Origin: Tubiluchus corallicola
Lineage: Eukaryota; Animalia; Priapulida
NCBI GenBank assembly: GCA_030141605.1
Contig: JAQGDQ010000219.1
Location: 62,001 to 126,000 of the forward strand
Direction of reading: 5' to 3'
DNA: 64,000 bases
The translations under genes were made by a program, and so were the position numbers. Below are positions 1-12,285 of this stretch, one piece after another. A model generated the notes under the pieces. That model searched no databases. It was not told where the DNA came from and saw only the letters and a program-made list of their open reading frames with translations. How positions within the stretch are numbered: the stretch's first letter is position 1; each line of letters begins with the position of its first letter.

Positions 1-1586
1 TTGAAGGCTTAAGATTTGTTACTGAATTAAAACCTAAGTAAATCGAAAGTTCAGGTAACACAGTACATCTGTGAAACTCTGCGATGGAAAAATAGACAAG
101 CTGGATTCAAACACATCCCATTACCGTATGAGCATTATTGTCAGATGTCACTTCTGGCAACTGCACAAGATGTCCTGGTCTAGACCATTACAATTCGGTA
201 ACACTTCACAGCCGCTACCTAAAACTTGTTGGCTAGCTGCACCTTCCAAACATCATGCAACTACACACGGGTAATAATTCAAGGCAAGCAAACAGAACAA
301 CTGAAATGTGACATGGCACATACATCAACTAACCCAAAACACACCATGCAAAGGCTTAATTTTGTGTAGAAATGCTGTTACTATAAAACTGAAACGGAGT
401 AAAATAAAAAAAGAATTAAAAATCATTATTTCTTTATTTAGGAAGAATGTGACGGGTTCAAATTAAATAGTCGAAATCATACCATGCAAATTGCAAAGGT
501 ATCATTGTGTAGTGAAATGCACATTATTTTATAAAAAAATAAAGTAAGAATTTTACAGTTAGTTTTTTACTTATGAAAACAATAACTAAAATTTCTACCC
601 TATACTCGTACAATTTACTGGTTATTGAAAAGTATTGTACACAAAAAAAAACAATTTCGCAACCCTGTTGCTCACAAACTTTTTGTTTCCAAGTAAACCT
701 TTGTTTATGGGTTTCTGTGAATATTTCCTCTTCACAAGTATAATTACACTAGAAAGCATTCACATAATATACTCTTAGATATAAATGGATTAACTACAAA
801 GGTAAAAAAAAGCAAATTTTGTATAAACCCAGACTGAAATGAAGCCTACCTTGTTTTTTCGTATTTGTGCAACTCTTCTTTGCGCTGTAGAACAGCATGT
901 GCAAATCAAAATTTCCTTTATTTAGACAGCTTTTTATTGTTAATGTATTTACATTTTTGTCACTAAGATGACATCCAAAAAATCCAAATTCCTATCCAAC
1001 TTTTTGGCAAATAAAACTTATCGAAAGACGCAACTAGTTTAGCGTTAGTAACTAGCCCAAATCATACAATACCAAAATGTATTTACCAACCAAAAGTAAT
1101 GCAGTGACTTAAATTCTGATGAAGATATGTAAAAGTACCTTTCACCAATGATTTAAATAATATGGCAATGTGTTTTGGTGCATGATTAATTCTAAGATAT
1201 GTAACTGGAAATGGACCTTTGCATTATGTTCGATCAGTTAAACAAAAGTAATGAAACTTAGAATGAAAAGTAAAACTAATCATGTACAAAGAATAAATAA
1301 GTGGATTTTTGTATAGACTTGACATATATATTTCTTGCCAGAAACTTCATTTTTGCATTCACAGAAATGCATGATAATTTAGATATGCATCATGTTTTGG
1401 TAATCTATGCGAAGTAATAAGTTAAAAAGGCTCAATGAATCCATTAAAGTGTATATACATACATATAAATTATTTACAAGTACAGTGATTACATAATATT
1501 ATGAGGTAAGATACCAGTTTTTGGGCAGTGACAAAAGGACAGGATAACTGCAAGGAGCTCCTCACTACCACCCTTCTTAACTAGCG

Positions 1587-4500
1587 TCAGTCAGTTCCAA
1601 AATATCTGGCTCCGAAATGATTTGGTGCATGTGGATAAACCTCTGATGTCAATATCGTCATCTCCGGGAATGTATTTATCACTGATTTAACACCTGCAAT
1701 AAAATTGTGATTACATTAAAGAAATTAAATACAATCGAAGTTTAAACCAGCCTCAGCAACTGTTGAGGGAAAACTGATTATATTTTTATCTATTATTAGC
1801 TTTTATTATCGATAAACATTTGTCGCCTACTCATTGCAAGGACACGTTTTATGCAGTTCAGCACCCAACAGGCTGGAATCCAGCACTCAACAGCAGAGCC
1901 TACTCAGTGCAGTAGTTGAAGTGGAACCTATCAAGGATATTTCTCTAAAACTGAACCAGCGGTGGTGTCTCAGCCAGGTTTATGTCTGTGTGTAGCTTCT
2001 AACGTCATGATTACACAAACACATTTAAGATTAATACTATTAAAAACAGCTGTAACTCTAATCTATAATGCAGGAGCAAAAATTTTTATGCAACAGGTAC
2101 TACTATAAACAAAGTATTAATAGATACACATGATCAACAAAAGAAAACTAACTTCATGTGAAGCAAAAATTTTTATGCAACAGGTACTACTACAAATAAA
2201 GTATTAATAGATACACATGATCAACAAAAGAAAACACACTTAATGTGAATAAATATTTCAACACAGTGAAAATTATTATTGGATTGTAATAAAATTGCAA
2301 CAACGAAAATAGACAAAATTAAAACCATGCCATATTCAGTTAAATGATTAGGATTAAAAATCTACTATAAGGGTCTACCACATTTATAGTTTTTCCCCTT
2401 AAGCTTGTAATAATGAAAACAAAGCTATGCCAACCTACCATATGGAGTACAAAAAAGATTGAGCACAATTATATTGCCTTCTGAAACGCCATGTTCTTTC
2501 AGAACATTGACAGCTTTTATCACTGTGTTGCCTGTACCTAGAAAACAAAAAAGACAAAAGCGTTCTATAAAGTAGCTATTTATGTATATGGTGCAAAAAG
2601 TACAGAATTACTATTAAATTTTCTGTATGTGAAACTGACGATTTGCTAATACTGCACAAATTACTTTTTTGTCAAAATCTGTTGTAAGTGAAAATTATAA
2701 ATGTAAATTTCCAATCTTATCAATTCGGCATCCATTCATCTCGGGAGAACATGGAACTATGCCTGGCAGATTAAAGATTCAGCTTGCGCTGGAGCATTCC
2801 TGCTGTGACTCTACACGCCAATGCAGGAATGAGAATTTTTCTTATAACTAACACTATTGGTTTTCCATGTTGTTTCATGCTGTGAGGCAAAGTTGGAGTC
2901 TCTTCTCAAGGGCACAGACCTGGAGGAGTTCCGATGGAGGATAGACTGCAGCCTAAGCAGCGGACCACTTCTTAGCATCAGAGATCAACCCAAAGGAATG
3001 GCAAAGGCCAATATAATTTGAAACTAGAGACGCCACAAGAGTTACCACGTAGGGTCTGAGATCAGCAACTGATAGCTTTGGGGCCTCCGCCTCCAGATTT
3101 TTTCTCAGACTTAACTCCCTTAGTTGTTCCCACTGATGGCTGCAGGTAGCAGAGGTTTGAAATTGGAGGTTTCTTTTCCTGGGTGTGTACACTTGTACAA
3201 TTTATATAAATCTATTATGAATAAGTTAGCAAGATACTTACTCATGATGGGATACATTAGAAGAACTTTTCGGTGTTTGATATCCTGAGGAAATTTAGCA
3301 TAGAACACTTTAGCTTCGTGAGTGTCTTCATCACTATGAATGAGTATTTTTCCGATACGTATCGATCGGCAGCATTCTCTTAATCCTTTTTCCATTGCTT
3401 CACCTACAAATAAAATCGGAAATCGAGTTTGCTCAGGAGATTTATGTAAGAGAAATTAGCTTTGTGCCTGACATGCCCAACTTTCAACAACTCATCCAGT
3501 AAAAAGAAATCTTACTACCCAAGTAAGGAGTATTGATGTCTAATGTTTTACATAATGTAATGGTAACTGTAACCTTTCCATACTGAATGAAGTTAACAAA
3601 AATGTACATGTGTATTATATTATGCGAACAATCACTGTATACGAAGTGTGACTTTACAGGTATAATCTTACTACACTGCAAAGGCCAAATAATAAATTTG
3701 GATTTGCTCTGCCTTTGAACGAATGCAGGAGTTTACTAGTGGCTTGACATTGGTTTCATTTTCGTAATTGTTTAATTGGATGCAAAATCAATTCAATAAT
3801 CAACTATAATCGGCTTTTAGCGAAATTTCGGGCATAAGTAAATTAGCAATTTCAAAATTTTTAACAAAAACAATGCTTTGAGTGTAACAGGTGTGGTACC
3901 TTAACCATTGCTGTTTTAATTACGATGTTAGTAGAAAAAGAAAAAAGTATAAAGTAACGAACAAGATTCAAATGAAATGAATTTATTTCATTAATTTGGA
4001 GTTTACAAGACATTCAACAAAACTGTCTTGTTTTTGTTTACAAATATCATGTGCTTGTGCTTACGAGAAACAGTTGCAACTAAGCAGCATTGCCAGGGTG
4101 ATAAGTTACTATGCTACAGTAGTGCCATATTGCTTGATTTCACCACATTGATGGTTATGTTTATGGAGCCGGAGTGGTGGTGACAAGCCACTGGCAAAGG
4201 AGTGGCTACATTGGTTTCCCATGCAGTATCCTTTTATTGCTGTATTACTTCTGTATGTGTTTACGTGTCTTCAGGGCAGTTGTCTTTTATTTTATAATTC
4301 TGGCTGCCCAATGTAAACAATAGATGTATTGGGAATATTATGATGATGATGATATGCCTATGTTTGTTATGCGATTTTTATGGTTTTTCCGAAAAATAGG
4401 TGCATATCGTAATGTGGTTTGCACTGCTTGGCATTATTAATATTCTTGTCATCTAGGGGAATGAATTGTGTGCGCTACAGTATATTAACCTCACTAAAAT

Positions 4501-7500
4501 AGTGAAGTTTGTGTCCATTTGTACATGTGTGTACCAAATTGGATTACATTGAACATGTGGAAAGAAAATTCAAGTAAAGAAATTAAGTTTAACCAGTTTA
4601 TTTTCTAATCATAAATCAGATACAATAAAATGATAGTAGGAGTAAACATTTCAATATAAGCTCATGACTTCAACTTTATTATTCAGAGTAAATTTCAAAT
4701 TGGGTGTTGAAAATGTAACATTGTTAATTTAAGGTTGTGTCATTCTATTTCAGAAGGAAGTAGGCTGTTCAATTTGTCAGATAAATATTTCTACATCGTT
4801 GCCTTAATTCAGTCACAAGTTCATGTGACAGTGGCATTTGAGTTATTTTATCCTTCAACTTGGAAGTTTGAGTTTTGAGCTTCAGGTTTTTGTTTTTCTC
4901 TGCTTTTCTTTCAGCAGGGCAGTGAATGCCTCTTGGCGCGGTGCTCAGCACATGCGCGTTGCAAAGTGATATCATACTGCATGTGAAATGAGGATTTTGA
5001 GCAACTCCTACTTATTTTAATTGGCATCTTCTTAATAAGCTACTAAATAGGTTATTTTACAGTTTACTTTGTCATCTACTTTCTCCTAATTATTTTGCAG
5101 CTAACAAATAATAATAATTGTTCAAGTTTTACTAAAAATAATCGCTGGTAAATTAATTTGTTTATCGAGCATCCCAACGGCTCTCAATTGGCATGATTCT
5201 CTATCGGCGGGTTGCATAGTTAGTTTTCGTAAACAAACGTGTGCTCCCTGCGAAGGCATTATTTATTGTAGCAAAGATTAGGTGGGCTTTAAATAAGGCA
5301 AAAACACCACAATATGACATTGGTAGTGCAACCAATTAGTCATCATTTGAAAAAACTAATCGTTGACCTGAAATAAAAGCCCAAATCGATTACAAATGAT
5401 TAATCGATCCCACTACTACAGCCTACGCAAACGAAAGTGTCAAACACAGAGACGTTTAAAAAAATTCCTAGGTCCAAAAGTTAGGCGACATGCCAGACAA
5501 ATCTGCACCTTACCACTTCTCATTATGCTAACACCGCAGTTACCCTTCATGTACCGTAAACCTTCATACACAGCACCAGTTGGAGTTACAGTTGTACTTT
5601 TAGTGTATGGCAGTTGATTGAGGCCTTCCTCAACTACTAGCCTAATCTACAAAAACAAAATTAACATGAATTGCTATATAAACATATTCAAGCTTTGAAG
5701 GTACTAAGTTACTAACACATAACCAGCATGTAGTCTGCTTTTGGTGTTGCAAAAAATATACATTATTATACAGCAATTTTTATCATTGACTTCTGACCAC
5801 AACCCAGATGGGCCTTTATATTATCAGTAGACAGATGGCATTTATCCTGTATCTGGTAAGACACTTAGTACGGTTAAGTTGCTTCAATTCAACTGCTGAT
5901 TGTTTGATAGGCCGTTGATGTCCAAATCAGACAGTTTCATCAGCTAGATTGAGGGCTCACAGAATTTTATTGGCATTTTATATCAGGCCCTGTACTGCTC
6001 TGATTTTATGCGAGACCTTAAGCAAGGTTGACCATAGACCAAAAAACTTTAATTTCAGCACAGAAGATTAAGCGGTGCTAGTGTATATCCATGAAAAGAC
6101 TTCAGTTTATCACATAATGACTAATAGTGTAAATAAAAATTCTTTAAGTTTAAAATTATTCCAGGCAGTGTACTAAGCTTAATACTTGTGTGTGACTAAT
6201 CATGATCTCATAAAGCTGGAAATGTTCTATGTTCTAATTCCATTATGTATATATATATATATATGTATGTATGTATTAGAGTAGGCACCGTTTATTAGAC
6301 TCATGGTTAATAGAATCAGTCGCCTAATTGACTCAAGAACATTCGGAATAGGCCTTTCCTATTTAAATGTATAATATATTTTGCTTCATGTATTTCACTT
6401 TTGTGCGACGAAAGAGCTTTCATTAATGTTTTTGTGTAATCTTTGCTTCCCATTTGTGCACTATAATGTACATACAAACAATGATGTTAAGTACAGTATT
6501 GTTTGTAAGCAGATGCATTTATCATGATCCAATATGCTAGTGCAGCAGTTTTGCATTTAACCTGTCATCCGCTTAGTGGGCTGCGATTAACCTGGTTGTT
6601 TCTGGAAGCTAAACTGAGGCAACCGGAATTTTTGTAATTTTTCGTGTAAATAAACAGATATGCGATTTATTTTACTTTTTTATAACACCAAAATTGAATT
6701 TATTGCCGAGGCATTCATTATCAAGGCATCTAAAACAAAGAAATTTACCAGAATTTAGAAACAACATTTGTGGAATTCAGCAACAAAATGGCAGCTCCCT
6801 AATATTGACAGTTCTGTTACTACTAACATATTTGTTTGTTTATTTGTGGAGTGTAGCATAGTTTCATACCAATCAAGATATATAACTGCAAGGTAAATTG
6901 CTAAATTATCTATACAATGGTTTATCACATATCTTTTGGCTATCTAATTACTGAATTGCATTTTAAAGAGATGATGTTCTAAATTCTGGTAAATTTCTTT
7001 GTTTTAGATGCCTTGACAATGAACAGTTTGTTCGAAACCGGTCGGCAATAAATTCAATTTTGGTGTAGTTACATCTATTTGCCAAATTTAGATGATTCTA
7101 TTTTTTATTAATTCACTTCTATAAACTAGTATTCTAAAATAATTGCACATATTCTTAAATAATTAGACATTGTAATTTTGACACTAATTCACTTCTAAAA
7201 TTCATTAGAAGCCTTTTTAGTTCATGGCTGGGCTAATGAGTGACGATTCATACTTCCATAGTTAATAATGCTACACCCACTGGACGATAGATTCAGTCGG
7301 TTAATTGGGTGAAAACACTTTCATCCCAATGTGAGTCAATTAAGCGGTGCCTACTGTATTAATAGCAATAAGTATAGCACAGCAGATAAGAATAAAAACT
7401 GCACAGTTTTTGTTGTGAAAATTGTGAAATTTTTAACAATGTATGGGATATCATAGCGTTTCACTTTAGATGTGGAGGGAAATTAGATCTAACCTTTGAG

Positions 7501-10500
7501 GGCTCACAGAAATTCTCAGGTATTTTATTTGCAGTTAGAACTATGTGTTAAATATTGACAAAATTATGACGACTTCAAAAGTTTTGCAATTTTTAACGGC
7601 CATCAAAGGTCAAAGCTGGTTTCCTTCCACATCTAAAATGAAACATTATGGCATCCCCAGATGTCCCAACCTATGTTAGTAATATCACAAATTTTTCAAC
7701 AAAGTTAGTAATTTCACAAATTTTTCACAGTTTTTTCACAAATTTTTGTGCACTACCAGAATTCAGAAAATTTTAAAAGGCCATTAAAACAATTCTTAGT
7801 AAAACTTACAAGACGATCAGCATAAAAGACAAAGTCACTCCTTGTTGTATTTCTGAAAAAAATGAGACCAATACAATGACTTATTGTAAAGTGAAAAATA
7901 TTATTAATGTCAAATATGACTTAGTTTTGCTGTGAAAACTGTCTAAACTTATTTTAGAATATAGGTGTAACACAAACAGAAACACGAATATATGCAAAGC
8001 ATGCATTTGTAAGTAAATATCAGGGCCAGCTCACCCTCTTAATTTTTTAGCCATTTTTGTGTTATATTAGGTCAGAATATGGAGGTATACACTTGCCAAA
8101 AATTTAGCCACTTGGTATATTCTTTAGCCATTCTGACTAAACTTGTGGTTTTTGGCTAAAGGTTATTTAAGGTGAGCAGATCCTGAAACATAAGCAATAT
8201 TTAACATTTTCAAAATGTCCACACTAAATTGCTCAGGTTGCAGGGGTTACTTTACACACAGACTATTTCGATATAAACATTTTGGGTTATTTGGACGCAG
8301 GCACTTGGACACACAGAGCATTTTGGGCACAAGTTATTTGGACACAAGCTATTCAGATACAAGGTGTCTAGGACACAGAACATATGGACCAGGTGATTTG
8401 GATACACAGGTCAAGGTAATTTGAACACATAGGTACAAAGGTTATTTTGCACATCGGTCATCTAGACACTAGGAGTTTTGAAAAATTGTGAAATCAGCTG
8501 TTAGACTAAGCATATTCATTTTCATCTAAACTTTCTTTTCTGAGAATAGGGATAGCCGATCATGGAAAACCCCGATCCGATCCCGATTATTGCTGTCCAC
8601 CTAATCCCGATGTCTAATCACGCCCGATTGCCGATTATTCCCAATCCCAGTCCCTTTGTAAGTTACTCTATAAGATGTTACTATCTTATAGTATGAGATA
8701 TCACATGCTTACTTAAAATTAAAGTTTCATTTGTTTGCTTGTTATGATTTTAGGTTTATATCTTTTCAGTTTGACAGTTACTTGTTCTCACTAGAAGTTC
8801 TTCAGTTAACTTTAAATTAATTTATTTAACTAGAAAAGTAGCTATTTCACTAACCTACGTGTTTTTGCTGCCCTTTCTCTATACTCTTTTTCGTCTATTT
8901 ACTTCATATTTATTGTGTATAATTACAGGAGATAACAAACTAAATCTTGATTTGAATATGGGATATGCTGGTCTATTAAACGTATACTGCACTTAAAATT
9001 CTTCCTTTTTAAAAAATAAAAGGCATGCAAGTTTTTTAAAAAAGAAAAATGTTAGAGCAAGAATTATACATGAATTACAAACTAGGCCATGCAGTGTCCA
9101 AATTGGTAACTACTAGTTACAATAAACTGCTTTACTGCATCCAAAACAAAATGAACTGCAGGAAAAAGAAAAATTACTAGCGCATACGTATACTTTTTTC
9201 AGGTTTCTTGTTAACAAAATTAACAAGTTACAGAAAGATTAGTTATCGTAATTCATCTTTAAATAGTTCGTCGAAAGTCTTTTACATCTGATTTAAATAA
9301 ATATGGCCTGTAAATGTTATTATAGATACATAGGTTGTGATGATCAAAATGTTCACTGTAGTTAATTTTTATGACATAATCGCTTTAGCCTGTGGGATTG
9401 CTCTTATGTAAACATTAAACATTGCACCGTTTATGCTTTATGAATTAGAAATTTGTCTTGCTATTGCATTAGAAAGCAGATTATTTTGACTATAAACACA
9501 CTTAAAAGTAATTGAGGAATATAACTAAAAGTGAAATTTAGCATTAGATGTAATGAGTCTACTTTTTGAACGAAATCTGTCAGTTAAGTGTGTTCCAATT
9601 TTTTTACGTTACCTGATCCTGATGTAGGACAATCGGGAAGCATCTATGATCGGCCCAGATCGCCAATTGTATGACTGGGATCGGCTATCCCAGTCTGAGA
9701 AACAATAATGATCTCAAGTTGTGTAATTAAAAGTTGCCAAAGTGGAACCTGCAGTAATTTTACAGGTGTACTAAAATCGAGCGTGCAAACATGCAATTTT
9801 AAACTGCACATCTGGCACGTACTTATAGTGTGTTACTGATTTCTACAAACATACCAGAAATACTGGGCCCACTCAGTAACCAGACTGCAATTACTGATAG
9901 GGCAATTTTATAAGTTCTATGGCTACTTAAGGCTTTACCAGAGTAACTTCTTTAGTTATTATCAGATTAGTACAAATAGTTTTTATGAATGCTCCTAATA
10001 TCAAGTGGAGAAAACAACACTAAATCAGAGAAATGACCTTTAGCTTTGGGTTTCTTACTGCTCTACGTAAGCTTACGTGGGCACGTTTTACAGCATGTGT
10101 GTAGCAGCTTTAATTATACTGACATACATTGTCTTAAGAAAAAACAAAAACTGCATAAAAAGTGAATGAATGGAACCACCTATGCTGTTGAAAGACCAGT
10201 AATCCAAATACAAATGTTGTTTAGCGATATCAATTCATCTATATGAAAAAGTTAAAATGCAAACTTTATACAATTTACAGCTAAGGTAATTCCTAGGAAA
10301 GGGGTGAAAGCTGTTTCTAAGCCAAGCGCGACTGACACGCATGGCACTAGAATATGGGAATTTGAGTGAATGACCAGGAGTAATATAATTGTAAGAAGGG
10401 AAAAGCAGCAGCAGGCCACACAAATATTGAAACATGATCATATGCACTGTTCACTTTTAAAACTTCATATTTTGGTCTGTAGTTTCTGAATTTGTCATTG

Positions 10501-11984
10501 AATCTCTTAAAAGGTGATAGTCAATGCAATAAGAACAATTGGTGACCGTTAATAAAGTCACAGGAAAAAAGTCACAATTAATTTTGGCTAGTTAGGGTTA
10601 TTTCTTTTTTCCTGTGTTCATTTCCAGTGACTTTTTTACCTGGCTTTGAATAATTTATCTTTATTAATTTGTTTTCATTTTCCTTCTTTTGCATGTCCAA
10701 TGGTGCCTCTTCATAAGAAAAACTGCATAACCTACATTCTTTTTACACTTAACTACTATGTTTGGCTAAGAGAAGCACAATTATAAGCAGCATGTATACA
10801 CGTTCTAACTGGAAACAGTACATTACATAGTGTCTTTACTGCAGGACAGAATTAAGTAGCATGCCAGTACAACAGGTACAACTTTGCAAGGAGCGGAGTA
10901 TATAAATTTTTTTTGGGAGCGGAGTAGGACACTAGCCAAAGTAGGACAATTGGCGTACATGGGCTAGCCCACGTAGGACGCGTCGTACATGGGCTAGCCG
11001 AAGTAGGACGCGTTGTACATGGGCTGCCCAAGTAGGACAGTAGACACAGGTCACGAAAATAAATGGTTAACCATACTGGCAGCGTCCGTTGTCTTAATAA
11101 TAATTGAAAACACCAATAAACGTTGAATAATTTATTATAAATCTGATAAAATAAAATAATCTTATTCTGCACTAGTAGAAGGGCCAGTATTAAATTTGGC
11201 TTCGATATTAATCTTTTTGAAGTGAAATAAGCCTGCTTTTTAGGCGATTCCACCATTTGCTTAAGGTATATCATTTTTTATTTTGTCTCGCTTCACTGAC
11301 AGGTGATCCGTTTCACTACCTTTTCGACAAATAATTATTTTCTACTAAGCCAATGGGCTAGCGAGCTATGTGCCCTACATACTTTTCTCTTTAAAGCATT
11401 AGATACTTAGTTTAATGTTATGATGACATTCATGGAGCGAATAATAATGATGATATTTTTGTAAAAAGTACATTTGTAAATTGTCAAGGACTATCCATCC
11501 TTATTATGAAGTTACTTTTTCTAAAACAAATTCAGTTTTATGTTTTATTATGTTATAATTCTCGCCATGGGCTGCTCATATACGACACTGCTTTTCCGCA
11601 AATTTAGCACGTACTTTAGCGGAAGAGTCCTATTTCGGCTAGTACGTACTCCGCGCCCTACAGTATATCTCTGATTCGATTTCGATACGGATTCAACATC
11701 TTCAAATTCGGTTTCGCTCGAGTTCGAAAGTCAAAAATTCGAATCGAATTCGCTTTCTGAGACAGAATCCTCACACCTAGATTTTGTAACTTTTAGTTGC
11801 GCAACTGAAATTGCATGTGTCAACGATAACACGTTTCAACTCACTTATCACGAAGTACCGTCTGCAACTCCTTGATCTGATCATTGACTTTAATTTCTCG
11901 AAGCTGAGGTCCAAAATTATATACGAGTTCATGCTTTATATTCGTCGTTGAATATGGAGGCGACTCACTCGGACTCGAATCCAT
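1587..11984 (-). CDS. UPRT: Uracil phosphoribosyltransferase homolog (metazoan UPRT/krishah type), 6 coding exons, 227 aa
   Basis: Minus-strand exons 11845-11984, 7810-7852, 5514-5646, 3242-3403, 2439-2537, 1587-1693. All introns are GT-AG, phases are consistent, total 684 nt. Translation MDSSPS...NDQIKELQTVLRDK-NTTRSDFVFYADRL-IRLVVEEGLNQLPY...[32 protein letters not shown]...KVLLMYPIM-STGNTV...-HFGARYFGTD* matches animal UPRT throughout. Confidence 0.96.
2075..2249. repeat. Direct tandem duplication, 2 x 87 bp, in the last UPRT intron
   Basis: AGCAAAAATTTTTATGCAACAGGTACTACTA...GATCAACAAAAGAAAAC begins at 2075 and again at 2162 with few mismatches. Confidence 0.9.
6685..7066. mobile_element. 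Inverted pair of Penelope-like pseudo-LTR fragments nested in the pogo-like element
   Basis: 6685-6760 is the reverse complement of 6977-7066 apart from an internal deletion. The unit carries a minimal hammerhead motif followed by AATAAA, an architecture known for Penelope-like element pLTRs. Family assignment is inference. Confidence 0.65.
7009..7047 (+). ncRNA. Minimal type I hammerhead ribozyme motif (U3-A8 variant)
   Basis: TGCC-TTGACAA-T-GAAC[AGTTT]GTTC-GAAA-C[CG]G-TC^GGCA. Stem I TGCC/GGCA, core with C3-G8 replaced by U3-A8, 4-bp stem II, palindromic ACCGGT stem III, GUC cleavage triplet ending at 7043. Confidence 0.7.
7372..7757. mobile_element. Palindromic MITE with long imperfect inverted repeats
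   Basis: 7444-7503 (TGGGATATCATAGCGTTTCACTTTAGATGTGGAGGGAAA...CCTTTGAGGGC) matches the reverse complement of 7598-7658. Flanking TGTGAAA/TTTCACA repeats are also inverted. Outer boundaries are approximate. Confidence 0.7.
8021..8185. mobile_element. Short MITE with CAGG-type terminal inverted repeats
   Basis: Left CAGGGCCAGCTCACC, right GGTGAGCAGATCCTG, with internal TTTAGCCA/TGGCTAAA repeats. No clean TSD. Confidence 0.5.
8245..8470. repeat. Degenerate tandem array of ~15-17 bp units (core TATTTGGACAC)
   Basis: Recurring TTATTTGGACGCAGG / CACTTGGACACACAG / TTATTTGGACACAAG / GATTTGGATACACAG. Resembles the subterminal repeats of the foldback element at 25.2 kb. Confidence 0.75.
8547..9693. 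mobile_element. Non-autonomous hAT (Ac-like) element with a perfect 8-bp TSD
   Basis: TSD TCTGAGAA at 8539-8546 and 9694-9701; TIRs TAGGGATAGCCGATC / GATCGGCTATCCCAG; clustered CCGAT subterminal repeats. Confidence 0.88.
10545..10643. repeat. Small foldback element
   Basis: AAAGTCACAGGAAAAAAGTCAC on the left and TTTTTCCTGTG...GTGACTTTTTT on the right, around a central GTTAGGGTTA. Boundaries are approximate. Confidence 0.5.
10915..11658. mobile_element. Non-autonomous DNA transposon with ~32-bp TIRs and 15/30-bp subterminal tandem repeats
   Basis: Left GGGAGCGGAGTAGGACACTAGCCAAAGTAGGAC; reverse complement of the right end GGGCGCGGAGTACGTACTAGCCGAAATAGGAC; three GTACATGGGCT(A)GCCnnnGTAGGAC units at about 10955-11039. 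No TSD recognised. Confidence 0.75.
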
Positions 11985-12285
11985 TTTTTCTTCAAAATAT
12001 TCTATAACTACTCTCACAAAATTTTTCTTAGTGACTCAGTTTCCCACGTTTTTGCCCTAGAGCACCGTTTAGCCGGCATTAAGGTCGAAAAAAGTAGTTC
12101 GCATAAATACGCAAAAACATTTATAATAAAAAAATGGGCGATTTAATACAACTTAAATATTGCAAACTACTTTTCGCTGCTTTGCGTTAAAAGCTCAAAA
12201 ATAAAGATTGCTCGTTTTCATTATTATAACAAATAATTAATTGCAGATCATTTCGCGCGTCACTCAGCAAACCGGCACTGCAAAT
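11985..12285. promoter_or_regulatory. Putative bidirectional promoter and 5' UTRs shared by UPRT and ABCB7
   Basis: Only 301 bp separate the divergent ATGs. The region retains CpGs, has TGACTCA at about 12032, and has a YY1-like AATATGGCG overlapping the ABCB7 ATG. Motif function is inferred. Confidence 0.7.

Larger units (their letters stand above)
6279..7356. mobile_element. Non-autonomous Tc1/mariner-pogo (Tigger-like) element with TA target duplication
   Basis: Left end TA|GAGTAGGCACCGTTTATTAGACTCA; right end TGAGTCAATTAAGCGGTGCCTACTG|TA (reverse complement CAGTAGGCACCGCTTAATTGACTCA). No transposase ORF seen. Confidence 0.75.

Noticed and set aside
8245-11045. Short repeat arrays (8245-8470 and 10955-11039) as CRISPR-like arrays
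   Set aside because: Units are contiguous and degenerate, with no unique spacers and no cas genes; the context is a eukaryotic intron and transposon subtermini.
10852-11274. 140-aa ORF with PCTTRPT repeats
   Set aside because: It is the translation of the subterminal tandem repeats of the 10915-11658 element, with no protein-family features.
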